Shown: one piece after another, positions 9,190 through 18,337 of the stretch
How positions within the stretch are numbered: the stretch's first letter is position 1
Layout: each line of letters begins with the position of its first letter
NCBI GenBank assembly: GCA_964535555.1
Contig: CAZHUS010000006.1
Location: 9,458-73,457, forward strand
Length of the DNA stretch: 64,000 bases
Reading direction: 5' to 3'
From: an uncultured Verrucomicrobiota bacterium
GTDB taxonomy: Bacteria; Verrucomicrobiota; Verrucomicrobiia; Limisphaerales; J093
Notes under the pieces: model-generated
What the model was told of the DNA's origin: nothing
What the model saw: only the letters and a program-made list of their open reading frames with translations
Database searches by the model: none
Program-made: the position numbers and the translations under genes

Positions 9190-9795
9190 TCACCGATGCG
9201 CGAGCAGGCGGTCGCGTTCGGCGGCAAAATGCCGCAGCGCCAACTCGGCGAGGGGGGCCGGATTGGCCCGGCCCGAGACGAAGACCAGCTCGTTTCCGTC
9301 AAACACCACGACGCAGACCTCCAAGGCGTCCGCCTCGTGCAGATGATCCGGCGCAAACACGGCCACCATGTCGTGCCGGTCGAGGACGCCAACCACGCGG
9401 CTCCACCCCCGGGCTTTCATGGCGCGGTCCGCCGCGGCAAGCATGGCAGGTCGATCCGGAGTTCCGGAGGCTCGCTCGTACAACGCGACGCGCAGACCCC
9501 TCAGGGTCTGGATCGCCGCGCGCGCTTCGGGCTCAAGGTCCACAAAGCTCAATCCCGCGCGGGCGACGCTGAACAACACTCCCGGCACACCGATCCGGAT
9601 CTGCCGCGCCCAATCGCAGCCGCTTTCCTGGACCACGGCGGCTTGCATGTTGCTGAAATCCGCCCCGCTTCGCGAGCAGGCGGTCAGGCCGGCTGCCAGG
9701 AAGAGCCCAAGGACCAACGCCGTGCGACGTCCCCGGGCCGGAGCCCGGCTGTCCACGGTGAGCGTGCTTTCCACAGCTTGGGGTGAGGTGATCAT
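9190..9795 (-). CDS. DUF4252-like lipoprotein
   Basis: Start trimmed to ATG at 9795. Lipobox LAAGLTAC. Central and C-terminal pattern parallels the adjacent DUF4252-like paralog. Confidence 0.5.
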   Translation of the reverse strand: MITSPQAVESTLTVDSRAPARGRRTALVLGLFLAAGLTACSRSGADFSNMQAAVVQESGCDWARQIRIGVPGVLFSVARAGLSFVDLEPEARAAIQTLRGLRVALYERASGTPDRPAMLAAADRAMKARGWSRVVGVLDRHDMVAVFAPDHLHEADALEVCVVVFDGNELVFVSGRANPAPLAELALRHFAAERDRLLAHR

Positions 9796-9850
9796 AACCT
9801 TGCGGGTTGGGAGTTGTCGGCGGCAGGCGGCGCCGGGGCACCGCGGCGGC

Positions 9851-10411
9851 TCAGTGCTTCTCGAGCTTGACCCCAAGTTCCTTGAGCGGCTGGATGTTCA
9901 GGCGTTCTCCGATTTCGGCGATCTTGTCCGGACGGAGATCGCCGATGATGTTCACCAGGACCGCCTGCTTGTCGCCTTCCACGACGGTGACCACGACCCC
10001 CTCGACCGCTTCTTCGCCCCGGGTCTTCAAGAAGACTCGAATGTCGTCCTGTTTCTGTCGCGCGGTCACCACGCTTTCCCAGCCCTGGTCGTCCAGTGCC
10101 GCGCGGACTTTGGCGATGCGGTTTTTGACCTCCTCACGGTTCTTGTCGTCGAGGCTGACCACGCTGACGTGGATTCCCTTCAGACCGCGGAGGAGTTGGG
10201 CCACTTCGGGCTCCTGACGCTCCACGAGCCGGGCCGCCATGCCGATGAGGTTGCTTCGGATCCGGACCTCGACGCATTCCCCGCCGGAGCCCGGGAGCGG
10301 CAGGTTGCCGAAGTCGACCTGGCCCTGGAGTTCGGGGCTCGCCGCCATGGCCGGGGCGAAGGTCGCGACCAACGCGGCCGCCACCAAGGTTTCGAGAAAC
10401 AGTCTTTTCAT
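9851..10411 (-). CDS. DUF4252 domain protein
   Basis: Start trimmed to ATG at 10411 (MKRLFLETLVAAALVATFAPAMA signal peptide). GIHVSVVSLDD...GWESVV...IRVFLK...VVVTVVEG...VLVNIIGDL is a DUF4252-type pattern. Confidence 0.6.
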   Translation of the reverse strand: MKRLFLETLVAAALVATFAPAMAASPELQGQVDFGNLPLPGSGGECVEVRIRSNLIGMAARLVERQEPEVAQLLRGLKGIHVSVVSLDDKNREEVKNRIAKVRAALDDQGWESVVTARQKQDDIRVFLKTRGEEAVEGVVVTVVEGDKQAVLVNIIGDLRPDKIAEIGERLNIQPLKELGVKLEKH

Positions 10412-10555
10412 AGGTGCTATCAGGTTCTGTCGCATTTCCGGTGCCGGCGCGGCCCCGGTGATCTCAGTACAGTCGGGCGGGGTGCCGGGTTTCAGAAAAC
10501 CCCCGGCCAAATTCCGCGGCTTGGACTTGGGAGGGCCAGCGGCTACGTTGGCGGC

Positions 10556-10930
10556 ATGAGAGCGAAGCTGAGTGCGTGCGTGCTCCTCGCCGGTCTGGCA
10601 GCCGGCTGTGACGGGAGCAGCCCTTCCGAGGCGCCGCCGCCGCCTTCCACCAACAGCGCGAGCAGCGGCAACCGGGCGATCACGGCTCCCGTCGATTACG
10701 TGGGCGCCGTTGGGCAGGCCCAGAAGCACTCGGTGAAGGTCCTGGATAACGTCCAGCTCCGCGACGCGATCCGGCAATTCCATGCCGGCGAGGACCGGTA
10801 TCCCCGGGATCTCGATGAACTGGTCAAGGAAGGTTACCTTGCCCGGCTGCCGGACCCGCCGGCCGGGATGAAGTTCGAGTATGACGAGGCGGCGGGGCAG
10901 GTGAAGTCCGTGGCCTTGAAGCAGCCGTAG
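10556..10930 (+). CDS. Small lipoprotein with GspG-like globular motif
   Basis: Only the last 124 codons of ORF 9368..10930 are plausible. Lipobox LLAGLAAGC. DRYPRDLDELVKEGYLARLPDPPAG resembles the GspG head-domain motif, but there is no pilin N-terminal helix. Confidence 0.5.
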   Translation: MRAKLSACVLLAGLAAGCDGSSPSEAPPPPSTNSASSGNRAITAPVDYVGAVGQAQKHSVKVLDNVQLRDAIRQFHAGEDRYPRDLDELVKEGYLARLPDPPAGMKFEYDEAAGQVKSVALKQP

Positions 10931-11010
10931 CCAGGGCGCTCCGTCCACCGGGTGGCGGATCGGAGCGCGTGTTGACACCCGGGGCGGTGCCTTTTCAAAT
11001 CAGGTGAGGT

Positions 11011-11505
11011 ATGTCACTGATTATTCCGTTGGCGCAGCTCGCGCAACAGGAGGTCCGGTTTGAGGGCAGCCTGGGGGCTGCCGAGCTCGGAGCCGGGATC
11101 GACACCCAGGGAGATTTGGTCCGGTTGGACGCACCGTTGGAGTACCGGCTGACGGTGCGCCGGATGGGATCTTCGCTGCTGGCGGAGGGCACTTTGGACA
11201 CCGAGGTGGGATGCCAGTGTGCGCGTTGTCTGGCGCCCTTTCGGCGAGCCGTGCGTCTGGATCCCTGGTCGGTTGTCCTGCCCTTGGAAGGGGAGGAGGC
11301 GGTGCCCGTGGTCCAGGACGCCGTGGACTTGACGCCTTATGTGCGGGAAGATACTCTCCTCGCGCTTCCGCAACATCCGTTGTGTGATCCCGAGTGTCGC
11401 GGCCTTTCATCGAAGCCGTCGACCGAGGTGAAAGATCCTGACACCGCTGACTCGCCGGAGGGTGACGTGTCGGCGTGGGCGGTGCTGGATCGTTTGAAGC
11501 TTTAG
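11011..11505 (+). CDS. yceD: YceD/DUF177 family (23S rRNA accumulation) protein
   Basis: Cys pairs CQCARC...CDPEC, an acidic C-terminus, and the conserved position directly upstream of rpmF-plsX-fabH. AGGTGAGG RBS upstream. Confidence 0.8.
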   Translation: MSLIIPLAQLAQQEVRFEGSLGAAELGAGIDTQGDLVRLDAPLEYRLTVRRMGSSLLAEGTLDTEVGCQCARCLAPFRRAVRLDPWSVVLPLEGEEAVPVVQDAVDLTPYVREDTLLALPQHPLCDPECRGLSSKPSTEVKDPDTADSPEGDVSAWAVLDRLKL

Positions 11506-11515
11506 AGAGAGAACT

Positions 11516-11704
11516 ATGGGCGTTCCGAAACGAAAACCGTCGCACAGCCGACAGCGGCAGCGGCGGGCGTATAACAGTGTGCTGAAGCTCCCGCAGCTGG
11601 GCGTTTGCCCCCAGTGCGCGGCGCCGTACATCCCGCATCGCGCCTGTCCGGCTTGCGGATACTACAAAGGACGACAGGTCATCACGGTGAAAAGCGCCGG
11701 CTGA
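11516..11704 (+). CDS. rpmF: 50S ribosomal protein L32
   Basis: MGVPKRKPSHSRQRQRRA...CPQC...CPACGYYKGR is the classic L32 sequence. Confidence 0.95.
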   Translation: MGVPKRKPSHSRQRQRRAYNSVLKLPQLGVCPQCAAPYIPHRACPACGYYKGRQVITVKSAG

Positions 11705-11763
11705 ACCGAGTGTTCAGCCCCCAATGCACCGCGCGTGGGTGATCGCCCACGCGCCGGTTGCTT

Positions 11764-12795
11764 ATGCGCATAGCTGTCGATGTCATGGGCGGCGACCACG
11801 GATGCGGGGTGGTGGTCGACGGCGCCCGGTTGTCGCTGCGTGCCAACCCCGGCATCTCGAAGATCTACCTGGTCGGCCAGCAGACCGAGATCAAGGCGGC
11901 GCTGGGCCACGCCGGGGCTCACGATTCCCGGCTCGAGATCGTTCATGCGAGCGAGGTGCTCACGATGGAGGACAAGCCCCTGGTGACGCTCCGTCGCAAG
12001 AAGGACGCCTCCATTCTCCGCGCCGTTGACCTGGTGAAGAACGGAGAGGCCGAAGGGTTGATCTCGCCGGGAAACACGGGGGGCGTGGTCACCGCGACCA
12101 CGATCCGGCTGCGAACCCTGCCCGGGGTCGAGCGACCCGCGATCATCGCCGTGATCCCCGCTCCCGAGAACGACTTCGTCCTCGTCGATGCCGGCGCAAA
12201 TGTCGAATGCCGGCCGGAGCACCTGGCCCAGTTCGCGATCATGGGCAGCGTCTATTCCCGGGCGGTGCTTGGTTACGCCCGTCCCCGCGTGGGCCTGCTG
12301 AGCGTGGGCACCGAGGACGTCAAGGGCAATGACCTGACCCAGGAGACCTTCAAGCTTTGCAGGCAGTTGCCGGTGAACTTCATCGGCAACATCGAGGGGA
12401 ACGACCTCTTCGACAACGGCGTGGATGTCGTCGTTTGCGACGGTTTCGTGGGCAATATCGTGCTCAAGACGTGTGAGAGCCTGGCGACCAGCCTTTTCAA
12501 GTGGCTCCGAAAGGAGCTGACCAAGACTCCCAAGCGTCAGTTGGGCGCCTTGCTCGCCAAAGGTGCCTTCCGCAGCATGAAGCAGCGGGTTGATCCGGAG
12601 GCCCACGGTGGCGCACCGCTTCTCGGGCTGAACGGGAATGTCGTGATTGCCCACGGCTCCTCTCGCGAGCGCGCCATCATGAATGCGATCGGGCAGACCG
12701 TTCGCGCCGTCCAGCACAAGGTCAATCAACTCGTTACCCGCGAAGTCGCCGCGGCTGCCGCTCTACTCCGGCCTACGCCGGCTCCCGTCCGATGA
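11764..12795 (+). CDS. plsX: Phosphate acyltransferase PlsX
   Basis: MRIAVDVMGGDHG N-terminus and a PlsX-like body. ATG at 11764 preferred over TTG at 11758. Confidence 0.9.
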   Translation: MRIAVDVMGGDHGCGVVVDGARLSLRANPGISKIYLVGQQTEIKAALGHAGAHDSRLEIVHASEVLTMEDKPLVTLRRKKDASILRAVDLVKNGEAEGLISPGNTGGVVTATTIRLRTLPGVERPAIIAVIPAPENDFVLVDAGANVECRPEHLAQFAIMGSVYSRAVLGYARPRVGLLSVGTEDVKGNDLTQETFKLCRQLPVNFIGNIEGNDLFDNGVDVVVCDGFVGNIVLKTCESLATSLFKWLRKELTKTPKRQLGALLAKGAFRSMKQRVDPEAHGGAPLLGLNGNVVIAHGSSRERAIMNAIGQTVRAVQHKVNQLVTREVAAAAALLRPTPAPVR

Positions 12796-13829
12796 CCACC
12801 AACAAAGGGCAGGCATTCCGAAATCCCCGCGCCCGCCACAATTACCAAGGCCGTCCCTGCTCGATCGTGGGCGTCGGGTCCCATGTGCCCTCCCAGGTTC
12901 TGTCGAACGCGGATTTGGAGCGCATGGTAGACACCTCGGACGAGTGGATCATCACCCGCACCGGGATCCGGCAACGCCGCATGGCAGGGCCGGACGAAGC
13001 CACGTCCGATCTCGCGTCCCAGGCTGCGTCGCGCGCGCTCGCGAACGCCGGAGTCTCCCCCGACCAAGTGGAGCTGATCATCACCGCCACCGTGACCCCG
13101 GACATGCCCTTCCCGTCGACCTCCTGCCTGGTTCAGGAGAAGCTCGGGGCCAGCCGGGCGGCCGCGTTTGACTTGGAGGCGGCTTGTTCCGGCTTCATTT
13201 ACGCCCTCGAAGTCGGTCAGCAGTTCATCATGTCCCGCACGTATGAAACGGTGCTGGTCATCGGCGCGGAGAAGCTCACCAGCATCGTCGACTGGACCGA
13301 CCGCAACACCTGCGTTCTGTTCGGCGACGGAGCAGGGGCTGCCGTGTTGCAGCACCGCCCGGGTTCGCACGGCCTGCTGACCGTTTGCATGGGCGCGGAC
13401 GGCAGCAAGGGGAACGTCTTGTGCGTTCCGGGCGGTGGAAGCCGACGGCCGGCCTGTCCGGAGTCGATCCAGTCGCGGCAGCATTACATCCAGATGGATG
13501 GTCGCGAGACGTTCAAGAATGCGGTGCAGTCGATGCTGGCCGCCGGGAAAGAGGCGCTGGCGAGGTGTGAGCTGGACATTTCCCAGATTGCGTGCGTGAT
13601 TCCGCATCAGGCGAATCAGCGCATCATTGAGGCCGTGGGCGAGAGGTTGGGCGCGAAACCCGAGCAGGTGTTCGTGAACCTGGATCGCTATGGGAACACC
13701 TCGGCGGCGTCGGTGGCGATCGCATTGGATGAAGCGGTGTCGTCCGGCCGCATTCGGCGGGGGGATCTGGTGCTGCTGGTCGTTTTCGGGGCGGGGTTCA
13801 CATGGGCAGCTGCGGTTATCGAGTGGTGA
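12792..13829 (+). CDS. fabH: 3-oxoacyl-ACP synthase III (FabH)
   Basis: TSDEWIITRTGIRQRR, the active-site context AACSGF, HQANQRI and NTSAAS are FabH hallmarks. ATGA overlap with plsX. Confidence 0.9.
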   Translation: MTTNKGQAFRNPRARHNYQGRPCSIVGVGSHVPSQVLSNADLERMVDTSDEWIITRTGIRQRRMAGPDEATSDLASQAASRALANAGVSPDQVELIITATVTPDMPFPSTSCLVQEKLGASRAAAFDLEAACSGFIYALEVGQQFIMSRTYETVLVIGAEKLTSIVDWTDRNTCVLFGDGAGAAVLQHRPGSHGLLTVCMGADGSKGNVLCVPGGGSRRPACPESIQSRQHYIQMDGRETFKNAVQSMLAAGKEALARCELDISQIACVIPHQANQRIIEAVGERLGAKPEQVFVNLDRYGNTSAASVAIALDEAVSSGRIRRGDLVLLVVFGAGFTWAAAVIEW

Positions 13830-13844
13830 AGCCGGATCATTGAC

Positions 13845-14204
13845 GTGCATCGCCGATGTGATAGGGTCAGGGCATCGCTTATGATCACCCCCAAGCTTGA
13901 TGAAACGGACGGGCCTCCCCCGGCGTCGCCTCGGGGCCACATCCACCTGCGCCTCTCAGAGAACGAGGTGGTGATCCGGCGGAGTGGGTTGGAGTTTTTG
14001 TCGCGCGATCCCGTGCCGTTGTGGGCCGAAGTCACCGTGGAGCTGCGGTCGCCGCAGTCCAGTCGTCCGCTGCGGGCGGACGGCGTGGTGGTGGATTGCA
14101 CCGGCAGCCGTCATACCGGCTATACGATTTCCGTGTTGTTTCTGGCGCTGCCGCCGAAGTCGGAGCACCACCTCAGGGAGCTGGCCGTCGCCTGCGCCAC
14201 TTGA
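13845..14204 (+). CDS. Small hypothetical protein, possibly PilZ-like
   Basis: About 108-119 aa (GTG 13845 or ATG 13881), immediately upstream of pilT. Weak PilZ-like layout, but canonical RxxxR / DxSxxG motifs are not clearly present. Confidence 0.35.
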   Translation: MHRRCDRVRASLMITPKLDETDGPPPASPRGHIHLRLSENEVVIRRSGLEFLSRDPVPLWAEVTVELRSPQSSRPLRADGVVVDCTGSRHTGYTISVLFLALPPKSEHHLRELAVACAT

Positions 14205-14225
14205 AGCACGCGGCCGTCCCGCTTC

Positions 14226-15314
14226 ATGGAAATATTCCAACGTATCCTGCAAACCGCCGTCGATGGCGGTGCCTCCGACGTTCACATCAAGGTCAATTCC
14301 CCGGTCATCTTCCGCATTAACCGGCAATTGGTGGCGATCGAAGCCCCCACACCTACCTTGGCTTGGGTCGACAAGATCGTCGACAGCATCGTCCCCAAAC
14401 ACGCCCGGCGGCGTCTCGACGAAGACCGCGAAGTCGACTTCTCGTACGCCCTTCCCGGCATCGGTCGCTTCCGCACCAATGTGTTCCAACAAAAGGGCCA
14501 GTGGTGCCTCGCCATGCGCTACGTCAAGGTCAAGGTGCCCAGCTTCGAGGAACTGGGTCTCCTGCCGACCCTTCGCAGCCTGGCGGAAGCCCCCCGCGGG
14601 ATCCTCCTGATCTCCGGCTCCACCGGCTGCGGCAAGTCCACCACCCTGGCGGCGATGGTCGAACACATCAACGCCTCCTTCAAAAAGCACATCATCACGC
14701 TCGAGGACCCGATCGAGTACGTGTTCGATGACAACCAGTCCGTGATCGAACAACGCGAGATCGGCTTGGACTCGCTCTCTTTCGAGCAGGGCCTGAAACA
14801 CATTCTCCGCCAGGACCCGGACATCATCATGGTCGGGGAGATGCGCGACGCGATCAGCTTCATGGCCGCCATCAACGCCGCCGATACGGGGCACCTGGTG
14901 CTTTCCACGCTGCACACCACCAACGCCTCCCAGGCCATCGGCCGCATCCTGGATTTCTTCAAGCCAGACGAGCGCGACCAGGTTCGCCGGCAGCTGGCCG
15001 CGACCCTGCAGGCGGTGGTGTGTCAGCGCATGGTGGCCAAGAACGGGGGGGGCGTGATCCCCGCGCTGGAGATCATGATCAACACGCCCACGGTGCGAAA
15101 GCTCCTGGAGGAGAATCGTACCGAGAAGCTCCCTGCCGCCATCGAGACCGGGGTGGATGACGGGATGCAGACGTTCAACCAGGCGCTGTTCAACCTGGTG
15201 AAGCAAGGGAAGGTTTCCGAGAAAGAGGCGCTCGCCAAGGCCACCAACCCGCAGACCCTCGAGATGAACTTCAAGGGCATCTTCCTGGACGAAGCGCGGC
15301 GGATCCTCACCTGA
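14226..15314 (+). CDS. pilT: Type IV pilus retraction ATPase PilT
   Basis: Walker A GSTGCGKSTT, EDPIE, ILRQDPDIIMVGEMRD and LVLSTLHT are PilT/PilU-family hallmarks. 362 aa. Confidence 0.9.
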   Translation: MEIFQRILQTAVDGGASDVHIKVNSPVIFRINRQLVAIEAPTPTLAWVDKIVDSIVPKHARRRLDEDREVDFSYALPGIGRFRTNVFQQKGQWCLAMRYVKVKVPSFEELGLLPTLRSLAEAPRGILLISGSTGCGKSTTLAAMVEHINASFKKHIITLEDPIEYVFDDNQSVIEQREIGLDSLSFEQGLKHILRQDPDIIMVGEMRDAISFMAAINAADTGHLVLSTLHTTNASQAIGRILDFFKPDERDQVRRQLAATLQAVVCQRMVAKNGGGVIPALEIMINTPTVRKLLEENRTEKLPAAIETGVDDGMQTFNQALFNLVKQGKVSEKEALAKATNPQTLEMNFKGIFLDEARRILT

Positions 15315-15371
15315 GCCGCGGTCCGCGCGGCGGGGAGGAAAACCCGGGCAGAAAGCCCGAGACCAGAAAGC

Positions 15372-15407
15372 GCGAAAACAAAAAGGACCGGACGAACGTC
15401 CGGTCCT
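15372..15407 (-). terminator. Intrinsic terminator of the 889-aa gene
   Basis: Perfect 11-bp stem AGGACCGGACG / CGTCCGGTCCT with a 2-nt loop. On the minus strand it is followed by TTTTTGTTTTCG, 23 nt after the stop at 15430. Confidence 0.65.
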
Positions 15408-15429
15408 TCGTGCTACGGGCTGGCAGCGG

Positions 15430-18099
15430 TTACTGCTTCAGGCGATAGAACTTGCCGGCATTGCCGCCCGTGGTGGGGCGGTAGGGCGAGGTGGCCGTGG
15501 TGAGGTCGGTCCACGACGTCAGGTTCGCCGATTCCTGCAGGACGACGCCCGACTGGCTCCAGGTGATCTCGACGCCGCTCGCAATCCGGCTGATTCCCAG
15601 CGAGAACTCCGTCGGCTTGTTGGGAGCGACGCCGGTGCGGTAGGTCCGGTAGCCGCCGTTGGCGGTGTCATTGAGCAGGACCTTCGTGGTTCCGTCGGTT
15701 GCGACGCTGAAGAGCTCAACGTTCGCGGTGCCGGTGCCGTCCTGGTAGATCGTGCGGATCGGGTAGGTGCCGGCGTCCTGCACGAAGATCTGGAACGTGG
15801 TGTCGCTGGCCCCGCGGGCGCCATCGAATTGGCCGAGGAGCACGGCGTCAGTCGTGTTGTTGATGTACCCGGCCTGGCTCCGGAAGCCATCATCGCTGTT
15901 CACGCCGAGGGTCACCCAGCCGGCGGGCAGTTCCACGAACGTGATGATCTCCGCATCGATGCCTTCATCGGTCTGCCAGATGCCCGGGATGCCCGGCATC
16001 TGGTCATCGGGAACGAAGTTGCCGTTCGACTCACCGGCGAGTTGGCTCAGGTTGATCACGGTGGGAATGGCGAACTCGACGACCGCGCCGGCCTTGACGC
16101 CGACGCCGCTGGCGATGCCGACAGCGTTCGGGTCTGCGTAATTGTCGGTCACCGGCGTCCCGTTGGCATCCTTCAGCTGACCGGCCAGCGCGAGCTCGGC
16201 GTCCGCCATCGAGGTCGGTGTGTAGGTGTCGTTCTGCCAGACGCTCCACATGAACCCACGTTGGGCGGTGTTCACGGAGACGGCCTGCATGGACTTGGTG
16301 AGGACCGGGTAATTGAGGGTCTTGAAGGTCGCGGCGTCGGTCACGGCCTTGCCGGTGGTGTCCTTCACCTCGATCAGGTAGGAGTGCTCCGATCCCGGCG
16401 GGAACGGCGTGCTGCGTTTGTACGCGAAGTCGGTCGAGTCGAGGACCTTGGGATTCGAGGTCAAGGGAACCACCTGCCCGTCCAGCGTGAGTTTCACGCT
16501 CGCGGGATCCAGGACCGAGCTGCCCTTGTCGTTGACCCGGAAGGTGATGCCGTCCACGGCGGTGTTGATGGCCGAAAGGAAGAGCTGATCGCCGCCCGTG
16601 GTTCCTCCGATCCCGAGCGTCACAAGGGCGGTTTGTTGCGGCGTCTTGCCGAACACGATCGAGTGGGCACCGAGGCCACCCCAGCCCTGCTGACCGGGGG
16701 CGTCCTTGTCACCGTCATTGATCGCCATGCCGAGCCCGAACTGCGTGCCCAAGGCGAGCGAGGTCAGCCCCAGGGCCCCCTTGGGAAGCTTGATTTCGTA
16801 GGTGGTGCGTTTGGTTGCGGCATCGCGTCCCACCACCGCCACGGTGGCGCAGTCGCAGGTTGGGTCGCCCGCAGGGCCGGCTTCGTGCATGACGATGGTC
16901 TCGGCCAGTCCCGCCTCTTCGGTTCCGCCCAGGGCATAATTGTAAAGCGCGACCTGCGCGTCCTGGGCTCCACTGGCAATCATGAGCTGAATCGAGTCGC
17001 CGTTCCAGGCGCTGAGCGCGGCGTTCTCGTGGTATTCGTCGGTAACCACGAATCCGAAGTAAACGTTGTCCTGGTCGTAGGCGATCTGGACGGCTGACGT
17101 CTGGTCGTCGGGTCCGGTCCACACGGCCGTCCCTGGCCCGCCGGCGTCATAGAGCTCGAAGAGGACGAGATTGCCGGTCCGCCCGGAGCCCTTCGGCACG
17201 GAGAAGCGCGGGTCGGCCAACACCGGAACGCCCGTCCACTCGGAGAGGTTGCCGTCCACGACAATGGCCTTGGGGGCGGGGTTGGCGGTGTAGATTTCTT
17301 TGCCGGGTTCGATGTCGTTCGAGGTTGCCAGCGTCACCAGCGCGGTCTCACCCGGGGTCTTGCCGAACACGATGGAGTGCGCGCCGAGCCCGCCCCAGCC
17401 CTGCTGGCCCGGGGCGTCCTTGTCACCGTCATTGATGGCCATGCCGAGGCCGAACTTCGCTCCGCCCGCGAGGCTTTCGAGGCCGAGGGCGCCCTTCGGG
17501 AGTTTGATTTCGTAAACGGTGCGCTTGGTGGCGGTGTTCCGTTTGACCACGGCTTCCGTCGCGCAATCGCACGCCGGGTCGGTGGCGGGACCGGCCTCGT
17601 GCATGACGATGACTTCGCCGAGCGCTTCTTCCGTGCCGCCCTGAGCGTAATTGTAGAGGGCGACTTGCTGGTCACGACCGGCGCTGGCGACCATCAACTG
17701 AACCGAGTCACCGTTCCACGCGCTGTTGGCGGCGTTCTCGTGGTACTCATCCGTGACCACAAAGCCGAAGTATACGTTGTTGTCGTCATAGACGACCTGG
17801 ACCGCCGAAGTCTGGTCGTCGGGTCCGGTCCACACGGCGGTTCCCGGACCGCCGGCGTCGTACAACTCGAAGAACACCAGCGTGCCGCTCGGGCCTGAGC
17901 TCTTGGGAATGTAGAAACGCGGGTCTGCCAGGACGGGAGCTCCGCTCCATTCCGAGAGGTCGCCGTCGAGGACGATGGGTTTGGGGGCTCGAATGGCTGA
18001 ATAAAATTCCTTGCCCAGTTCGATGTCATTGCCCAGGGCAGCCCACTGCAGGATGCAGGCACCTGTGGCGGTTAGTAGCGGGAGGGATCTTCTTTTCAT
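15430..18099 (-). CDS. Secreted multidomain protein: two CBM9/DOMON-like repeats, a PA14-like region and a C-terminal FYR module
   Basis: Signal peptide MKRRSLPLLTATGACILQWAALG. Residues 24-260 and 261-499 are near-duplicates. SDDGFR...AGTYPIRTIYQDGTG is PA14-like. Ends ...LTSWTDL...KFYRLKQ. Confidence 0.75.
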   Translation of the reverse strand: MKRRSLPLLTATGACILQWAALGNDIELGKEFYSAIRAPKPIVLDGDLSEWSGAPVLADPRFYIPKSSGPSGTLVFFELYDAGGPGTAVWTGPDDQTSAVQVVYDDNNVYFGFVVTDEYHENAANSAWNGDSVQLMVASAGRDQQVALYNYAQGGTEEALGEVIVMHEAGPATDPACDCATEAVVKRNTATKRTVYEIKLPKGALGLESLAGGAKFGLGMAINDGDKDAPGQQGWGGLGAHSIVFGKTPGETALVTLATSNDIEPGKEIYTANPAPKAIVVDGNLSEWTGVPVLADPRFSVPKGSGRTGNLVLFELYDAGGPGTAVWTGPDDQTSAVQIAYDQDNVYFGFVVTDEYHENAALSAWNGDSIQLMIASGAQDAQVALYNYALGGTEEAGLAETIVMHEAGPAGDPTCDCATVAVVGRDAATKRTTYEIKLPKGALGLTSLALGTQFGLGMAINDGDKDAPGQQGWGGLGAHSIVFGKTPQQTALVTLGIGGTTGGDQLFLSAINTAVDGITFRVNDKGSSVLDPASVKLTLDGQVVPLTSNPKVLDSTDFAYKRSTPFPPGSEHSYLIEVKDTTGKAVTDAATFKTLNYPVLTKSMQAVSVNTAQRGFMWSVWQNDTYTPTSMADAELALAGQLKDANGTPVTDNYADPNAVGIASGVGVKAGAVVEFAIPTVINLSQLAGESNGNFVPDDQMPGIPGIWQTDEGIDAEIITFVELPAGWVTLGVNSDDGFRSQAGYINNTTDAVLLGQFDGARGASDTTFQIFVQDAGTYPIRTIYQDGTGTANVELFSVATDGTTKVLLNDTANGGYRTYRTGVAPNKPTEFSLGISRIASGVEITWSQSGVVLQESANLTSWTDLTTATSPYRPTTGGNAGKFYRLKQ
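16603..17319 (-). repeat. Tandem intragenic duplication, copy 2 (aa 261-499)
   Basis: NDIEPGKEIY...HSIVFGKTPQQTALVTLGIG. Same length class as copy 1 and high identity to it. Confidence 0.9.
17320..18030 (-). repeat. Tandem intragenic duplication, copy 1 (aa 24-260)
   Basis: NDIELGKEFY...HSIVFGKTPGETALVTLATS aligns colinearly with copy 2. Long identical peptide runs include FELYDAGGPGTAVWTGPDDQTSAVQ and GLGMAINDGDKDAPGQQGWGGLGAHSIVFGKTP. Confidence 0.9.
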
Positions 18100-18337
18100 T
18101 GCCGAACTTCCAGTCGGTTTAGGTTTGATGGGCCTCCATGCACTACGATGGGGACCATTGCGGGCGTGCTAGCAGAGAACTTAACCGCGTGTAAAGTACA
18201 TTCTGGTCTCGCGGCCCTCCGGCAGGCCGGAAACAGGTTGAAGGCGTCGCCGGTAGTGGCTATGGACAGTTCATCAAGCCAAGCCCGACACCGCAGATTG
18301 CCGCCGACGCGGCACACCCCGTCCCCCCGCACGCGTC

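Noticed and set aside
9368-10555. The N-terminal 396 codons of ORF 9368..10930 (520 aa).
   Set aside because: This part overlaps two well-supported minus-strand DUF4252 genes and is compositionally shadow-like. Only the terminal 124 codons, which start with a lipoprotein signal at ATG 10556, look genuine.
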